This document shows positions 13,800 through 26,275 of a stretch of DNA of 64,000 nucleotides, one piece after another. The notes beneath the pieces are model-generated. The model was not told the origin of the DNA. It ran no database searches and saw nothing but the letters and a program-made list of their open reading frames with translations. The position numbers were made by a program, and so were the translations under genes. This stretch comes from Mizuhopecten yessoensis (taxonomy: Eukaryota). The stretch covers positions 1,174,094 through 1,238,093 of the forward strand of contig NW_018408629.1 of assembly GCF_002113885.1 (NCBI RefSeq). Direction: 5' to 3'. Within the stretch, counting starts at the first letter, position 1. Every line of letters starts with the position of its first letter.

Positions 13800-16700
13800 C
13801 TACAAATATATATCGAGGCATATAATGAACTCCCAAACTGATTATTTTTGAAATATGATTTCCAAGACATTTATGTAAAGATAATTAAGAATACATTTTT
13901 TTATCATTTTGATAGTGCTTACATAATATTCCACGAAGCAGACCTGGCCATCATCGTTCTTGATCATGTATTGGAGAGAGAGGAAGCCACGGTTGTCCGT
14001 CCTAATGGACACTCGCGTTGATAGGGCCAGGGCCTTCACAGAGGGTTTCAGCAGCGAGATTTTGTACCTGCAAACAGAGAATACACTACATCGCAGTTAT
14101 CTCCCTTTTAAACGATATTTCATTTGTCAAAGTATATTTAAACTCTGACTTCATGTACGTATACCATGCAGTCTAATAACAGCAATTATGACATCACAAA
14201 TTTGAGGTATTTTCTTTTCATTTTGCCTGTCAATATTTGTTTGCTATTTGGTTTTTTTATTTATGCTTTGGTTGAGCATTGTTAAATCATTCTCATTCGG
14301 TAGATTTAGTATAAACACTAACTTTATTCAAGTTATGTAATAAGAACATTTTTGAAATCCTCTATTTCACCATTCATACTTTATATGTATAATTCATCAA
14401 GATTCTCTATTAAGTAATATCATTAAAGTAAAGACAATTTTGAAGAAAACATTCTATATTAGGTGTAGAAATATCTTTAAGGTGGTCTTTTTACCTGTTG
14501 GTTTGTGTTTGTGTACACAAAAAGGACTCAACCATATCGGAATCTTTAGGAAAATCAGACTGCAAAACAAGAAAGTCATCCATTATTAGAATCAATGCAA
14601 CAATATACTATAAAGAGAATTTTCTGAGCATTCTTGCCACAAACATAAATGTAACTGCATGCTTTTATAAGAACAATTTGAAATGTACACTATTCATTTA
14701 AATATGTATGCTGATTTTAAATTAACCTCTAAATGACTAATGCCCTAGCTTACTTTGTTCACCACTTAGCTTACTGCTAATATATTTTGCATCCCCTTTT
14801 TTTGCTTTTCTCAAAGATTCTTCTTTATTCCTTGACATATCACATAACCTCATGATAATGACAAATTGTGTGGAGACAGTATATTGAGGTTTTTAGATAT
14901 TAATAAATTTATGCTAAAGAAATCACTTCTTAACTCCAATCGGTGGATGAATGTCAGAAAATCTATCTCAATTTCAGAGGAAAGTGGAATTTGATAATTA
15001 TGTGTTCAGAATATTCTGAAAATCTGGTGATAGCGCGGCCAGGTGACTTCCAATGGGCACATACACGGGTGCTACCAGCATTGTCAAAGGTTGAGAGCCT
15101 GAAGTAAAGTTGATGTTCTGAGTGTTAAAAAAAGTCTGGTGATAGTAGGGCCTGGTGACCTCTAATGGCAGAGCTCGTGCTGGCGGTCGCCACTGGCGCC
15201 ATTGGCGAAAGTAAAACATGATTGGCAATTTGAAACTGCTCTTGGCGAAAATCCAGTTCAGTGATGCGGGGCAATAACGAGGCACGGGTGTGTGTTTACA
15301 TTGGGACGCAGGCGGGATATTTTTTAATGACTTTCTTTTTAATTTTGTTAAGCAGTAACGGATATATAATTGCCAGGGCACTGAAAATGACATGTACAAC
15401 TTGAATTGTGTCATTCTTGCACCTGATCGAGATGACAATTTGCCGAAAATTATATTTAAGTTGCCGCTAAATTTTTGTTGAAGAATTATCAACTGATAGT
15501 ATGGAGATAAATAACCACCTATTCCAAAATTATCAGCCTTTGGTTTCGGTGAAAATGATTTGCTATAGTAATAAAACATAAAACATTTTCTTCATTTCAA
15601 TAATTCATTTCCTGTCTAAGATACATAGGATACATTAGAATGCATATAATGGGATGTATAAATGAAAATTAAAAAATTAAAGCGGTGGTGTCTTTTTTTT
15701 GGGGGGGGGGGGACTGGTCCATGATTGCTCGCCATCACACGCACTTGTTGGGAACATGTTAAAATTTGGCGAAACTGAATCAAGACCCAAAGCTAGCCCT
15801 GAATGGGTACATATATGGGTGCTACTAGCATTGCCAAAACTTGACAGCCTGAAGTAAGGTTGATGTTCTGAGAGTTTATAACAAAAGTCTGGTGATAGCA
15901 GGGCCAGGTGACCTCTGATATTACCTACATGGGTGCTACCAGCATTGCCGAAGGCTGACAGCCTTAAGTAAGGTTGATGTTCTGAGAGTTTATAACAAAA
16001 GTCTGGTGATAGCAGGGCCAGGTGACCTCTGATTAGTACCTACATATGGGTTCTACTAGTATTGCTGAAGGCCGACAGCCTTAAGTTAAGTTGATGTTCT
16101 GAGAGTTTATAACAAAAGTCTGGTGATAGCAGGGCCAGGTGACCTCTGATTAGTACCTACATATGGGTTCTACTAGCATTGCTGAAGGCCGACAGCCTTA
16201 AGTAAGGTTGATGTTCTAAGAGTTAAAAAAGTCCAGTGATAGTTGGGCCTGGCGACCTCTAACAGGTACCTACTGTGGTGCTACCAGCATTGCCGAAGGT
16301 TGAGAGCCTGAAGTAAGGTTGATCTGGAGACAGGAGGATCTGAAGAATGTCACTTGTCATGTCCAGTTCACTGAATGCTTCCTTCAGGCACTCCGACTGT
16401 AAGGACAAATTACAGGTGTGGATACAGGTATAATATATAAAAAGTTATTGTGGACTTTTTAACTAGTGCTTGGTATATATTTTCAAAAATATTAGAATTC
16501 CAAACTAACACACAATACTTTTGGGTTCAAAATTATCGTCCGAGTACAGGAAACATCAAAATGTAATTTTTTCTGATACTTTAAATAATTGAATTTTGAA
16601 AATTTGCACTGACAATCAATTCAGCTCATAAGACTTATAAGAACAGCTCCATTAATAAGGACTCATGTTGGTGTGACATCTCTAGATATTGAACAGCTAA

Positions 16701-19700
16701 TCATAAGATATGAAATAGGAAGAGTCAATAAATGTTACTTCTTGGAGGGTATGGACATTCTGGTAGGGTTTTCTGTACCACACAAATGTAATGAACAAGT
16801 ATATACATGTAACTTCTGTGAATTCTATTCCATTAAGGGGATAACTCTACTGTATTTTGAAATTTGTGGTGGTATATTGTGATAATCACACTATACCGCA
16901 ACAAATTTCAAAATAAAGTAGGGTTATCCCCATTCTAATTCAAATCAACCAAAACCACCGAAAGAAACCATGATTTTAAGATATTTTTGAGTGTTACCTT
17001 CAAATTCTGGGTCTCTGCTGCGGATTGGTGATGTCAGAAATGTTCAAAGTTGTGGAATTACATTGACCTTTTTGGGTCACGCTATTGTTCGCGACATCAA
17101 TAATAATCGAGTTCATGACGTGTCATGGTTAGTCGTGGTCATCGACGTCATAAACAATCGCCATCCGGGCTACATGTGCAAATGAGAAATTTGTGGACGG
17201 TATATCGTAGTTTTACTGTCGCAAATTATTTTGATTGACCTATCAAATGCCTTGTTATTAATCTATATTAATACTTTACAATATCACTATTCATGACAAT
17301 ACACTGTACCTTCATGATCATTTTATTGAGGACGTTTGTACTGCTGAAGTTGAAATCTAGAACTTCATCAGGTTCTAAAGTTTTAATGCTACAATCTGTC
17401 AGCACCCCGTCTTCTTCCAACCTGAAACAAGAATTTTGATATCAGCAGAACCTTGTTTACTGCCAAATTATTTCTACAATCAAAATTATATTGGAATGTA
17501 TTGTCATTAATGTCAAAATGTTGACACTTTTAAAAGGTGTAAATATCTTATCAAAGGGAGACTACTGTATGCTTACAAAAAATATACTTTTATTTGAACA
17601 ATGAAATCAATGCAGGGCAAAAATAGATTTTATCAACAGAAGGGGAAAACTAATTCTCTTGAGCAGTGGTTTCCTGGAATACATCAATTAATAAGAAACA
17701 TACTTAAATTAAATAAATGCATGCATCAAAAGAAAAAGGGATCTTGAACAAAAATGGTTACAGTAGCACGAAGTGAAGCAGAAAATAAAGTCAGGTTTTA
17801 TTGTATACTTTGACAGATAGGGTTAGGATTTCAACTGCAGTATTTAGGGTTACAACAATATTTATACAATGTAACAAAAAATGTCGCCAGAAATCATTTG
17901 AATATGTTGGTGGTGCTACAATTAAACCTATTCTGTCCTACGTTTAAGTCCTCAAAACATTAATTTCTATTTCATATCTTTATAATTGATTCAGTATTTC
18001 AGCTTTTCTTCATTTGAATAAGTCAACGTCCAACCTATTCATTTACATTATTTATATCTAAACTAGACTCGCCCAGTTTTTGATTTGGTAAGGTTCATTT
18101 GCAACTTTAGGAGGTGAATGGGTTAATAATCATAAAATATGAAATTGTCCATGCTGTTGTTGCGCTTTGCTTACGCATCAATTAACACATTCACCCCATC
18201 CATATCTAAAATGGACTTGCCCAGTCTTTGATTTGATAAGGTGCAAATGTGACTTTAGGGGTGAATGGGTAAACACTTACATTAGGATGAGTGGGCAACC
18301 GTAGCCACCGTAACACATCTTCAGTGTGGTGGTCACCCCTGGCACCTGACTAGTCCCAAATATGGTCAGGCATTCCTAAGATATTATACGGAAGACAAAA
18401 ATCAGCAATAAAATAATAAAATATGAAATCAGTACATTTGGAGTAGGCAAATTATGTATAAACAAGAGTGTTATATTTTGAACATGGCGATATTATAGTA
18501 TGTTAAATTTTTAAAATAGCGTCAAATAAAGTTTTAACAAACCAAAATATAAACACTACTGTAATATGCCAACTTGTGGCAATTATAAGTGGACAGGCTT
18601 ATGATCTGTTGTATGCATTCACTTATACTTAAATGTTTACTTTCATAGTGAAATCTTATGTTTACAGTAGGAGGATTCTTGTCTTATTATGAAGGGTGAA
18701 GGAAGCATAAATAGTGACTTCTGAAGTTTCCTCACCACTATAAAATATTGGTACTTGCAAGGATGCCTTAATGTGATTTTGCCCTAACCACTAGTAAAAT
18801 TAGAGGCCAGATTCTTAAAGAAGCCGATACTGTTATACATTTATCAATTAGATTAAAAACTGATTTGTTCAGTTTTTAATCTAAATCATATGAGGCAGAG
18901 TAAAATTAGACGAATATTGACAGTGATGTTGTTCTCACGGATGCTATACCTGTTTGAGTGAGTTTGTTTCCACAGTCACATATATATTGAAGAGCTGCAA
19001 CGATACGCATACTTCACGATACTATATGTATTGAGGTACAATGCTAATGATACCACACGTAGCATGCTACAAATATCTGCTTTAAAGGTCAACTATATAA
19101 TGATTAAGTGCTTGACTTTGTTGAGTTCTGTCATAGACTTGAATAGTATTTACTATAGAAATATATTTTTGTATCATTTCTAGTACTTTTGGGTATGACT
19201 GCACAGTGGACCACATCTTTACTGAAGGATTAAGAAAATATCAGAACATTTCTTTAGAGTTTGATGAAAACTGTTTGATTATTTTAGTACTGTTAGTGTA
19301 TCACGAAATAGGGAAACAAAACAATTTGATATGATACACAAGAAAGTATCCTGATACAATACGATACAAAATATCGTTGCAGCCCTAATATATTGTACTC
19401 ACAAGTAACACGGTGAGGTTGATTTTGAATGTGATCTGGTCCTCTGTGATGTTGTACTCGTGGAACAGTCCCTCCTGGATAAAGGCGTTGGCCTGAACAC
19501 ACTTTGCATCTTCCACAGTCACCTTTAACCCCATGGAACTCGCGAACACAGTGGCAGTCTAGGAAAAATATTGTCATTATTAGTGACTTATTAATGCCCC
19601 ACACCACACACCTATATGTCAAAATGTCCAAGGCTGGTGTACATGTTAGGGCCATAGGAAACTCGGGCAAGTAATGAAGTAGGCAAAATTTCATTTTTGC

Positions 19701-20196
19701 TGCGATGTATTTCACATTATTGACGTGGATAAAGAGGCAATAAAACATGTGTCCGTGAATATCCCATTAAATTCGTATGAAAGAATATTGTTGACTTTTT
19801 ACTGTATATTCTATTGTCAAATCAGAGACGTATTATATACTGTACGTCTCTGATCAAATGTTAAAATTATGCGTCGATCGCGACCGAGCGCTCATAGATC
19901 ATAAGATGGGCGCCTGGCGTTAAAATATTTTCATGGAGGTCCCTGCTACATGGTGGGCTGCAATCAACCTGTATACCTAGATATTTAATTTGATTCAATA
20001 TGATTTTAAAAGATAAAATAAACGGCAACAACGGAAAGAGTAACTAGGAATGACAGACAATGACACGGTAGACATCACATTTTACCTCCTTGAAATGAAT
20101 AGCTTTGAGGATATTTGACACGTTTTTGGCATTGTCAATTTTAGCCAGTAAGACATAATGACTGTCATGGTCATCTTGCTGAGTCGACAGTGCCAT
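13761..20196 (-). CDS. RAD1: Cell-cycle checkpoint protein RAD1 (9-1-1 clamp subunit), 8 coding exons, 281 aa
   Basis: Exons 20196-20086, 19558-19403, 18375-18281, 17421-17310, 16396-16274, 14559-14495, 14067-13923 and 13799-13761. All introns are GT-AG and phase-compatible. The translation MALSTQQDD...LKAIHFKE/..KVTVEDAKCVQANAFIQ../..EAFSELDMTS..PYFRLSTFGNAG../..RYKISLLKPS.KAL..VSIRTDNRGFLSLQYMI..FVEYY/CAPDE matches my recollection of vertebrate RAD1 along its whole length. Confidence 0.97.
13923..14067 (-). CDS. RAD1: RAD1 coding exon 7
   Basis: ttgcag|YKISLLKPSVKALALSTRVSIRTDNRGFLSLQYMIKNDDGQVCFVEYY|gtaagc. Confidence 0.96.
14495..14559 (-). CDS. RAD1: RAD1 coding exon 6
   Basis: tttgcag|SDFPKDSDMVESFLCTQTQTN(R)|gtaa. 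Confidence 0.93.
15012..16323 (-). repeat. ~115-bp tandem array derived from the RAD1 exon 5 3' end, donor site and intron start
   Basis: ctaccagcattgccgaaggttgagagcctgaagtaaggttgat (exonic) recurs at ~16160, 16045, 15935, 15820 and 15070. Confidence 0.93.
15169..15801. mobile_element. Non-autonomous DNA transposon (CAG[A/G]GCT termini, hAT-like) inserted in the exon-derived array
   Basis: Ends cagagctcg ... ctagccctg; flanked by the direct repeat aatgg; the array unit resumes in register after it. Confidence 0.65.
16274..16396 (-). CDS. RAD1: RAD1 coding exon 5
   Basis: ttacag|SECLKEAFSELDMTSDILQILLSPDQPYFRLSTFGNAGSTT|gtaggt. Confidence 0.94.
16837..16931. repeat. ~95-bp fold-back palindrome (MITE-like) in RAD1 intron 4
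   Basis: ggggataactctactgtattttgaaatttgtg...caacaaatttcaaaataaagtagggttatcccc. Confidence 0.85.
17310..17421 (-). CDS. RAD1: RAD1 coding exon 4
   Basis: tttcag|LEEDGVLTDCSIKTLEPDEVLDFNFSSTNVLNKMIMK|gtacag. Confidence 0.93.
18030..18272. mobile_element. Two copies of an ~85-bp mini element with ttaa-cccattcacccc / ggggtgaatggg-ttaa-like termini; third copy at ~36673-36765
   Basis: Shared core gacttgcccagtctttgatttg...actttaggggtgaatggg; the TTAA-like flanks suggest a piggyBac-type MITE (inference). Confidence 0.6.
18281..18375 (-). CDS. RAD1: RAD1 coding exon 3
   Basis: cttag|ECLTIFGTSQVPGVTTTLKMCYGGYGCPLIL(M)|gtaagt. Confidence 0.93.
19403..19558 (-). CDS. RAD1: RAD1 coding exon 2
   Basis: tttttcctag|TATVFASSMGLKVTVEDAKCVQANAFIQEGLFHEYNITEDQITFKINLTVLL|gtgagt. 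Confidence 0.95.
20086..20196 (-). CDS. RAD1: RAD1 coding exon 1
   Basis: ATG at 20196; MALSTQQDDHDSHYVLLAKIDNAKNVSNILKAIHFKE; donor gag|gtaaaa. Confidence 0.93.
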
Positions 20197-22009
20197 TTCA
20201 GCTGGCATCGTTCATCAAAGCAGTTATGGTCGCATCATATTGGTGTAGGCAACCTCACCAGTTACCCGCCATTTGTTTGGAAAAGAAATACTCGCCTTCT
20301 TTTCAAAAAGATTTCCAACAATAGGAGTTACTTCCCTTGTAATAGGAGGCGGATCGAGTCCCGGAAATAAATGCACACGTAATGGTGATCGAAAAGAGGA
20401 GAGAGACAAACAAAGCGACATGCAAGATGTCGACCCATTATTAAATTCCGTGGTTAAATGGTATATATGATCTACATATTTTTTTCACAAAATCATAACA
20501 GGAAAAGTCTACTCAAATCAATCTCGAGGAAAATGTAATTACTCTACCACGTGCACCCTCTTAGAGATCCAGAAAGTAATCAAAATCACAGTTCATTTAC
20601 ATCAGTCGCACGTGGTTTAAACAATAATTCAGTTTGGAGCATAACTCTCCATATTGCTGACTTTCAGATCTTCTTGGTCCATCTGCAGCCACCAGTGCGT
20701 TCAATGTACACGACCGCTGCCGTTACGTTTTGATAGACTCATGTGTCTACAACCATACATTCAACCAGAGACGTATAATATTATAGATCATTATATGGTT
20801 CTGATTCATTAGGCACGTGATCACCCAGTTGCGTGATCAAATATCAAATATATGCATCTATCTCAAATGTTCACATAACCAATTCGATTTTATCTGGGAA
20901 AATAATGCGCCAAAACAGAATCGTGGAATCGTGACCAAAGAGAACATATACGTAACGTTACATATTTTCCAAGTGATGTGATCCCTTATCCTCACATATC
21001 CAACCCTTTTCTTTCATAACCTTTCTCTAATTAATCCTTTAAAATCCATTTATAGTAGTTACATTTATTTGAACATCTACAATAACGTTAACCATTATTA
21101 TACATGTATAGGCCGTATTATATATGCATTCATGCCTTTGGATTTCCTAAGATTTGAAGATATTCCCCTTGAAAACTAAGCCAGCTGATGCAAGGACAGA
21201 TTGTAAATATCTAATAACATTGTTCCCATCAAAATATCACGAAACAAAACTAGAACCTAGAGTATCTTTGTTATAAGCTACGATTATGAACCTTTTGCAA
21301 CGTATGTGTTTATGACGCATCTGGTCGGCAAAACCGCTGTTTTTACGTCAGCAAAATTAAATTCACTCGGTATTCGCTTTAGATTTACCCATTGTACAAC
21401 AATGTTATACTTCAGTTTTATCGTGTAAGCTATAAAAAAACTTCCCACGACAATGAGTACAGTTTTATTAGACAAATACAGGTCAAGTATCTGTTGAAAT
21501 TTTTAATTTATATGAATTTTACCTAAACTGAAAAAAATGCAAAGCTTTTTGTATCAGAAAAAGTGACAATGATTATTCGAGTATATTGGCATGTTCATGT
21601 ACACTATATGAAAAACTTACCGTACGTTTTCATTGAGAAAAAAAAGTTTGTTTTTGGAAGATATATCAATGTTTTGATATCAAAACTGTAGTTCATTTTT
21701 TCATTGAACTATAGTTTTGACGTATAGGCTATATTATAGGTGATGGAAGGATCATGCAACATGATTTTCAGTTTTTAGGTTTTCTATGGTAACCAACTAA
21801 ATAATTTTCTTGTTGGAATAATTTCTCTTTGACTAAATTATCAAGACCTTACAATATTTTGAAGGTTTCGACCATATCAATCTGCAATTTTTTCATCTTC
21901 TTTGCCAAAGTTTGAAGTCTATCTTCCTGAGTTTATCAGAATAAGGTCGGTCGTTCGTGGTTATGACATGTTCGTTGCGCGACACTGTGTGTTTTCTATT
22001 GGTAATGTA

Positions 22010-22357
22010 GGCTTATAATTATATGACATTTCGTCTTTTCGCCATGTCGCCCGCGAAAAGACGTCAAGCGACAAAAAAAAAAAAGACGAAAACCCACCAA
22101 AGCAAAATAACGGAATAACGCCAAAAGAAGAAAGAATATAAGACGACGCTATTTAATTTCTAAGCTTTGGCGTTATTATCACTTCGGTTTGGCGTTATTT
22201 TGTTATTTGGAATTGGCGGGTTTTCGTTATCCAGCTTTTGCGCTTTGGCGTTATTTCGTTATGGTGGGTTTTCGTTTTTTCATTATTTCGGGGGTTTTTT
22301 TCGGTTGGCCTTTTCGCGGATGACAAGGCGATAATATGAAATGTCATATATAAGCCA
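22010..22357. mobile_element. Fold-back MITE-like element with internal ttggcgttatt repeats
   Basis: ggctta..atatgacatttcg..tcgcc.tgtc..ccgcgaaaag is inverted to cttttcgcgg.tgacaaggcga..gaaatgtcatatataagcc. Confidence 0.7.
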
Positions 22358-22837
22358 TCATAAATGCTAGCTAATCTTCCAGTTAGTCCAACTCACTACA
22401 TTGGTGATGTCTGTTTGTATATTAAGTATGTGTTCTTGGTTTCCACCACCTTTAACATGCTTAGGTTCAACTGAGAACATTTTGGTAGTATCGCCTGAAG
22501 ACCTGTTCCGGTGCTACATCTGTCTCTGTGCCCTGACCTTGCTGTACGCATACCGCATTTTTTTGACGTCATCGTTGACGTTTATTGGATAGTGAGAAAA
22601 AATGTAGGACCTACCCTGGGGAACTCTTTCATTGAGATAATCTAGAAAATTGCCTGTCCAATTTAATATGTTTCTCTCAATACCGTAGCTAATGGGTCTT
22701 GGTCAAAAGCTTTGCGAAGAAATGGCTATGTTAATTATAATAAAATTTGTAATATTTTCCTTTAAAAATCTCATGAAGATGGTAAGTGGTTCAAGAAGCA
22801 ACAACGCTTAAAAAACGATCAGAAAACAATACAAACT

Positions 22838-23027
22838 TATTCCGTCTTTGCGTATTGCAGAGTTATCTTCTCTTGGGAGCAGGTATTGATTGTTACGTCA
22901 CTTATTTGTGAGAGTAACGTCATCAATTTTGAGAAAAACGACGCAATTTTCTCGCACAAACCAATGATGTAACAATCAATCCCTGCTTCCAAGAGAAGAT
23001 AACTCTGCAATACGCAAAGACGGAATA
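22838..23027. mobile_element. 190-bp MITE with ~60-bp TIRs and TA ends (family copy 1)
   Basis: tattccgtctttgcgtattgcagagttatcttctcttggg...aagagaagataactctgcaatacgcaaagacggaata. Confidence 0.9.
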
Positions 23028-24179
23028 GATCGATGGGCAGTATTTAGATGAACTCTGATTCCATTTCAGTTTGATCGGCAAAGTAAATAAATTAAAGACT
23101 GAGCATAATTTAGTTGGCTAAGTTTCGCCGACCGAGACGCGCAGTGATGGAGTAAATTAAGGTAAGATATTTATAGTAAATCTACAAAAACAAAACAAAA
23201 ATGTTTTGAATCTGTTTGCACTTCCTTCCCCCAAGAAACGAGGGTGATTAACAACAAACACAAAGCGAGATAAATACAATATTAGCCCGAAGATCGATAG
23301 CTCGATAACTCCAAAAGGAACAGCAAAACTCAAAACTAGCCAGATTAAGATACGCTACGGAAAATATCCTCACCAGATCTAATGGACAAAAGCTAACCAC
23401 AAGAAGAATAATGGGTTAACTTTTCATTGTAAAATTCATCTATATCTGTTTTATTCACATGTGAACTAACAGTCAAAAACGGGAGATTCAAATACGTCAA
23501 AGGAAAAGGATAATATATTTTCTTTTAATTTCAGTAAGTTAAATAATATTTGTGATGCATTCAAAGATTTTAAGGAAAAATCCAATTGACAATCCTAGAT
23601 AAAATAGGGGCACATTGTCACAAACAACCAGTTCCTTGATCATGATAAAATGATGTTGAGATAAGGGCGGGAGAAAACAAGCAAACATTCTGATTTCTAT
23701 GAATGAAATGTCTATAATAAATTTTAAACAAAAAAGTCCTTGTCCTCACAGAGATTCTTATTTCTTAAATTCTCGTATCCATAAACCTTTTCAAACATAT
23801 ACACTTCTTTTTTATTCCTTTTCATTGCTTTCATTGTCATCACACTGTTTGTCTCTAGAACAGTCTTCTATCGTATCGTAGCCTACTTTACTTCTACCAC
23901 GTTTGCGATGTAACGACACTTTTCATTGGTTATTTTTGGACCACAGACTATGAGCGTGCGTGTCTTATTTTTCAACCGATCAACAATCTTCCGAAAACCT
24001 ACCCTGCAAATGTACTTGGTAAACAAGCGAGTCGTGGGACTGGTTTCATTTGTGTAACGAGGGTACCCGAATTTAAGGTTGTATGTTTTTGAAGTTTTCC
24101 TGGCGCATTGCTTAACATAGGCGTTTGCCACTGATGTAGACACGAAAAAGACTTCCGTTACCATTTATTTAGTAGAATA

Positions 24180-24352
24180 GATATAATCAACGTATGTTTG
24201 TACATAATGGTGGAATATATAACTCGGGATTCGAAAATGTTGGAGAAATAACCAACTCAGGCCGCAAACAGCCTTCCTTAACTTTTCCCCCGATATTTAT
24301 CACCCCGATGACACGTTTCACCATTATACACGCACATACGGTGATTATTTCT
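24180..24352. mobile_element. Fold-back MITE; related copy in the opposite orientation at ~51158-51312
   Basis: ataatcaacgtatgtttgtacataatggtg...caccattatacacgcacatacggtgattat; shares actcgggattcgaaaatgttgga (reverse complement) with 51268-51290. Confidence 0.7.
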
Positions 24353-24477
24353 TAGGAAATCATTGGTACCAATACATTTTTGAGAATTCATCGTAGGTCT
24401 CGTCCGCTTATTTTTAGTCAGAAACTCTTGACATATTTGAAGACTCTTTACGCCCAATTTTGAAGATGATACATATC

Positions 24478-24760
24478 ATAATAATAATAATAATAATAAT
24501 AATTCGAGGTTCTTACATACCGCTTTAGCACAACCTAGTTTGTAGGTCGTCTCAAAGCGGTTCACAAATTATTATCTGTGGTTATAGGGTCTTTGAAACC
24601 AGCCAATAACTTTTTCAACTCCATGGGGAGCATACAGCCATTGCTGCCATTTCGGCGCTCACAGCTAGCATTCTACAATTCTAGCACTGCAAAACCACGT
24701 ACTCATTTACAGCTGAGGAGACTGGAACAAGCGGAGTAAAGTATCTTGCTCAAAGATACA
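24478..24760 (-). mobile_element. 5'-truncated CORE-type SINE with LINE-derived tail and (ATT)n end
   Basis: The - strand reads tcttgagcaagatacttta...cagctgtaaatgagtac (CORE-like), ggctgtatgctcccc, ccgctttgag...aagcggtatgtaagaa, then (att)n. Confidence 0.7.
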
Positions 24761-25098
24761 ACAGTTCGATCCTTTAATGTACATCAAAAATAGGCCATGA
24801 TTTGAACCGGATGTTGCTTTTTAAAGAACATGTTTCAGCTTAGCGATCGGTAGCGGGTTTTGTTATCCCTGGAACCAATCAAATGGGTAACCGCTTGTTT
24901 TTGATTTTGTAATGACACATTCCAAGGTTCTAATTAAATGCGTATCGGGAGCGACAGTTTACCACACCACCGACATTATGTCCTGTCAAGGCAGGGTTAA
25001 GTCAAGTTACAATGCAAACATTCCCCCGTAAGCTTCACAGTTTGATCTTCCTGTTGAACAGCATAGTACATAAGGGTAAAATTGAATCGAGGACTCCA

Positions 25099-25212
25099 TA
25101 GTCCGAATTATTCTGACGTTTTATCGACTTTTTTCATATCGGTTTGTCGTCGGTTAATCGACGACATACCGATATGAAAACAGTCGATAAAACGTCAGAA
25201 TAATTCGGACTA
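25099..25212. mobile_element. 114-bp near-perfect hairpin MITE with 9-bp target-site duplication
   Basis: aggactcca [tagtccgaattattctgacgttttatcgac ... gtcgataaaacgtcagaataattcggacta] aggactcca. Confidence 0.92.
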
Positions 25213-26196
25213 AGGACTCCAATACTTAATTTTGCTATGGCATGTCAACTTATTAGAGTCTCAGTCTGATGTATTGTGGAACACTTGGTATTTAAGAATT
25301 GCATCATGTACCTAGCAAATAATAATGACAAACATATTGAACTACATGCTGTATATGTGTAACTGCTTGGACGACATGAAATAACACTATAAGAGCTAAA
25401 CACGCCATTTTTCCGTGCATTGACTTGGATACATTACAGGATGCAAGTGGTAACTATAGGCATATCTTTATCGTATATTGGTTAGAAGAAGTTACGAAGC
25501 AAGTTGCAATAAAAGTTATCAAACATCCTCGAAATCAAGGAGTTAGGCACGTGCACCCTGCGTTACTCCGGGAGAGGTACATTAAGGTAAACAGATCTTT
25601 GCTAAAAATGTAGCAATCGATAATAAAATAGCGAGGACTGGAAAAAGTCCCCCTTTCCTACTAAAATATGTATACGTCTAAAATCTTGACCTCGACGATG
25701 GTATACAGACGACCTTACATGAGTGTCCGTGTCTATTGCACGAGCATGCATAATTTTAAGAGTTTTTTTTTTAAACAAAATTATGTGTTATCAGCTGACG
25801 CAAACCAAAGTACATGTACTAGTATTATCATAGTATTGTCTTTTCGCGCAGTGCCAAGCGGTTCCATTTATTTTTAATAATGACCAGTTTTAAATGAAAT
25901 GAAAAAATAATGACAAAATATACATTTAAAATTCATTTAATTAATGGCACAAACATTAGAATTCACCAGACAAAAATACAGTTAATAAAGTTTACAATTT
26001 GGACTCATCGTAACGCCTTCAGGTTGTATTACACGTGTGTGGTACCGTATTTATGACATGGCCGTATGATAAAATGGGTTGGTCAGTTATGTGTTAAAAA
26101 AACCCGTAAGACATGTTTGAAGTTTATAGTGTGAATCGAGGAGACGAGCTTAACCATATCAAACTTGTATCTCAGATTATTTCCGCCACAGTGACC

Positions 26197-26275
26197 AGAT
26201 CGACTTTCGGTAAAAATGACACCCCAATATGATCATATTCATTGGGGGTGTATTTTTTTTACCGAAAGTCGATCT
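26197..26275. repeat. 79-bp palindrome (mini-MITE-like)
   Basis: agatcgactttcggtaaaaa..cacccc.aat...attgggggtg..tttttaccgaaagtcgatct. Confidence 0.85.

Noticed and set aside
14998-15579. 193-aa ORF in RAD1 intron 5
   Set aside because: It spans a transposon/tandem-array junction and has no recognisable domain.
20260-20310. E2F/CHR cell-cycle promoter elements upstream of RAD1 (ttacccgcc, tttcaaa)
   Set aside because: Short motifs that are not in the canonical CDE-CHR order and spacing; cannot be distinguished from chance.
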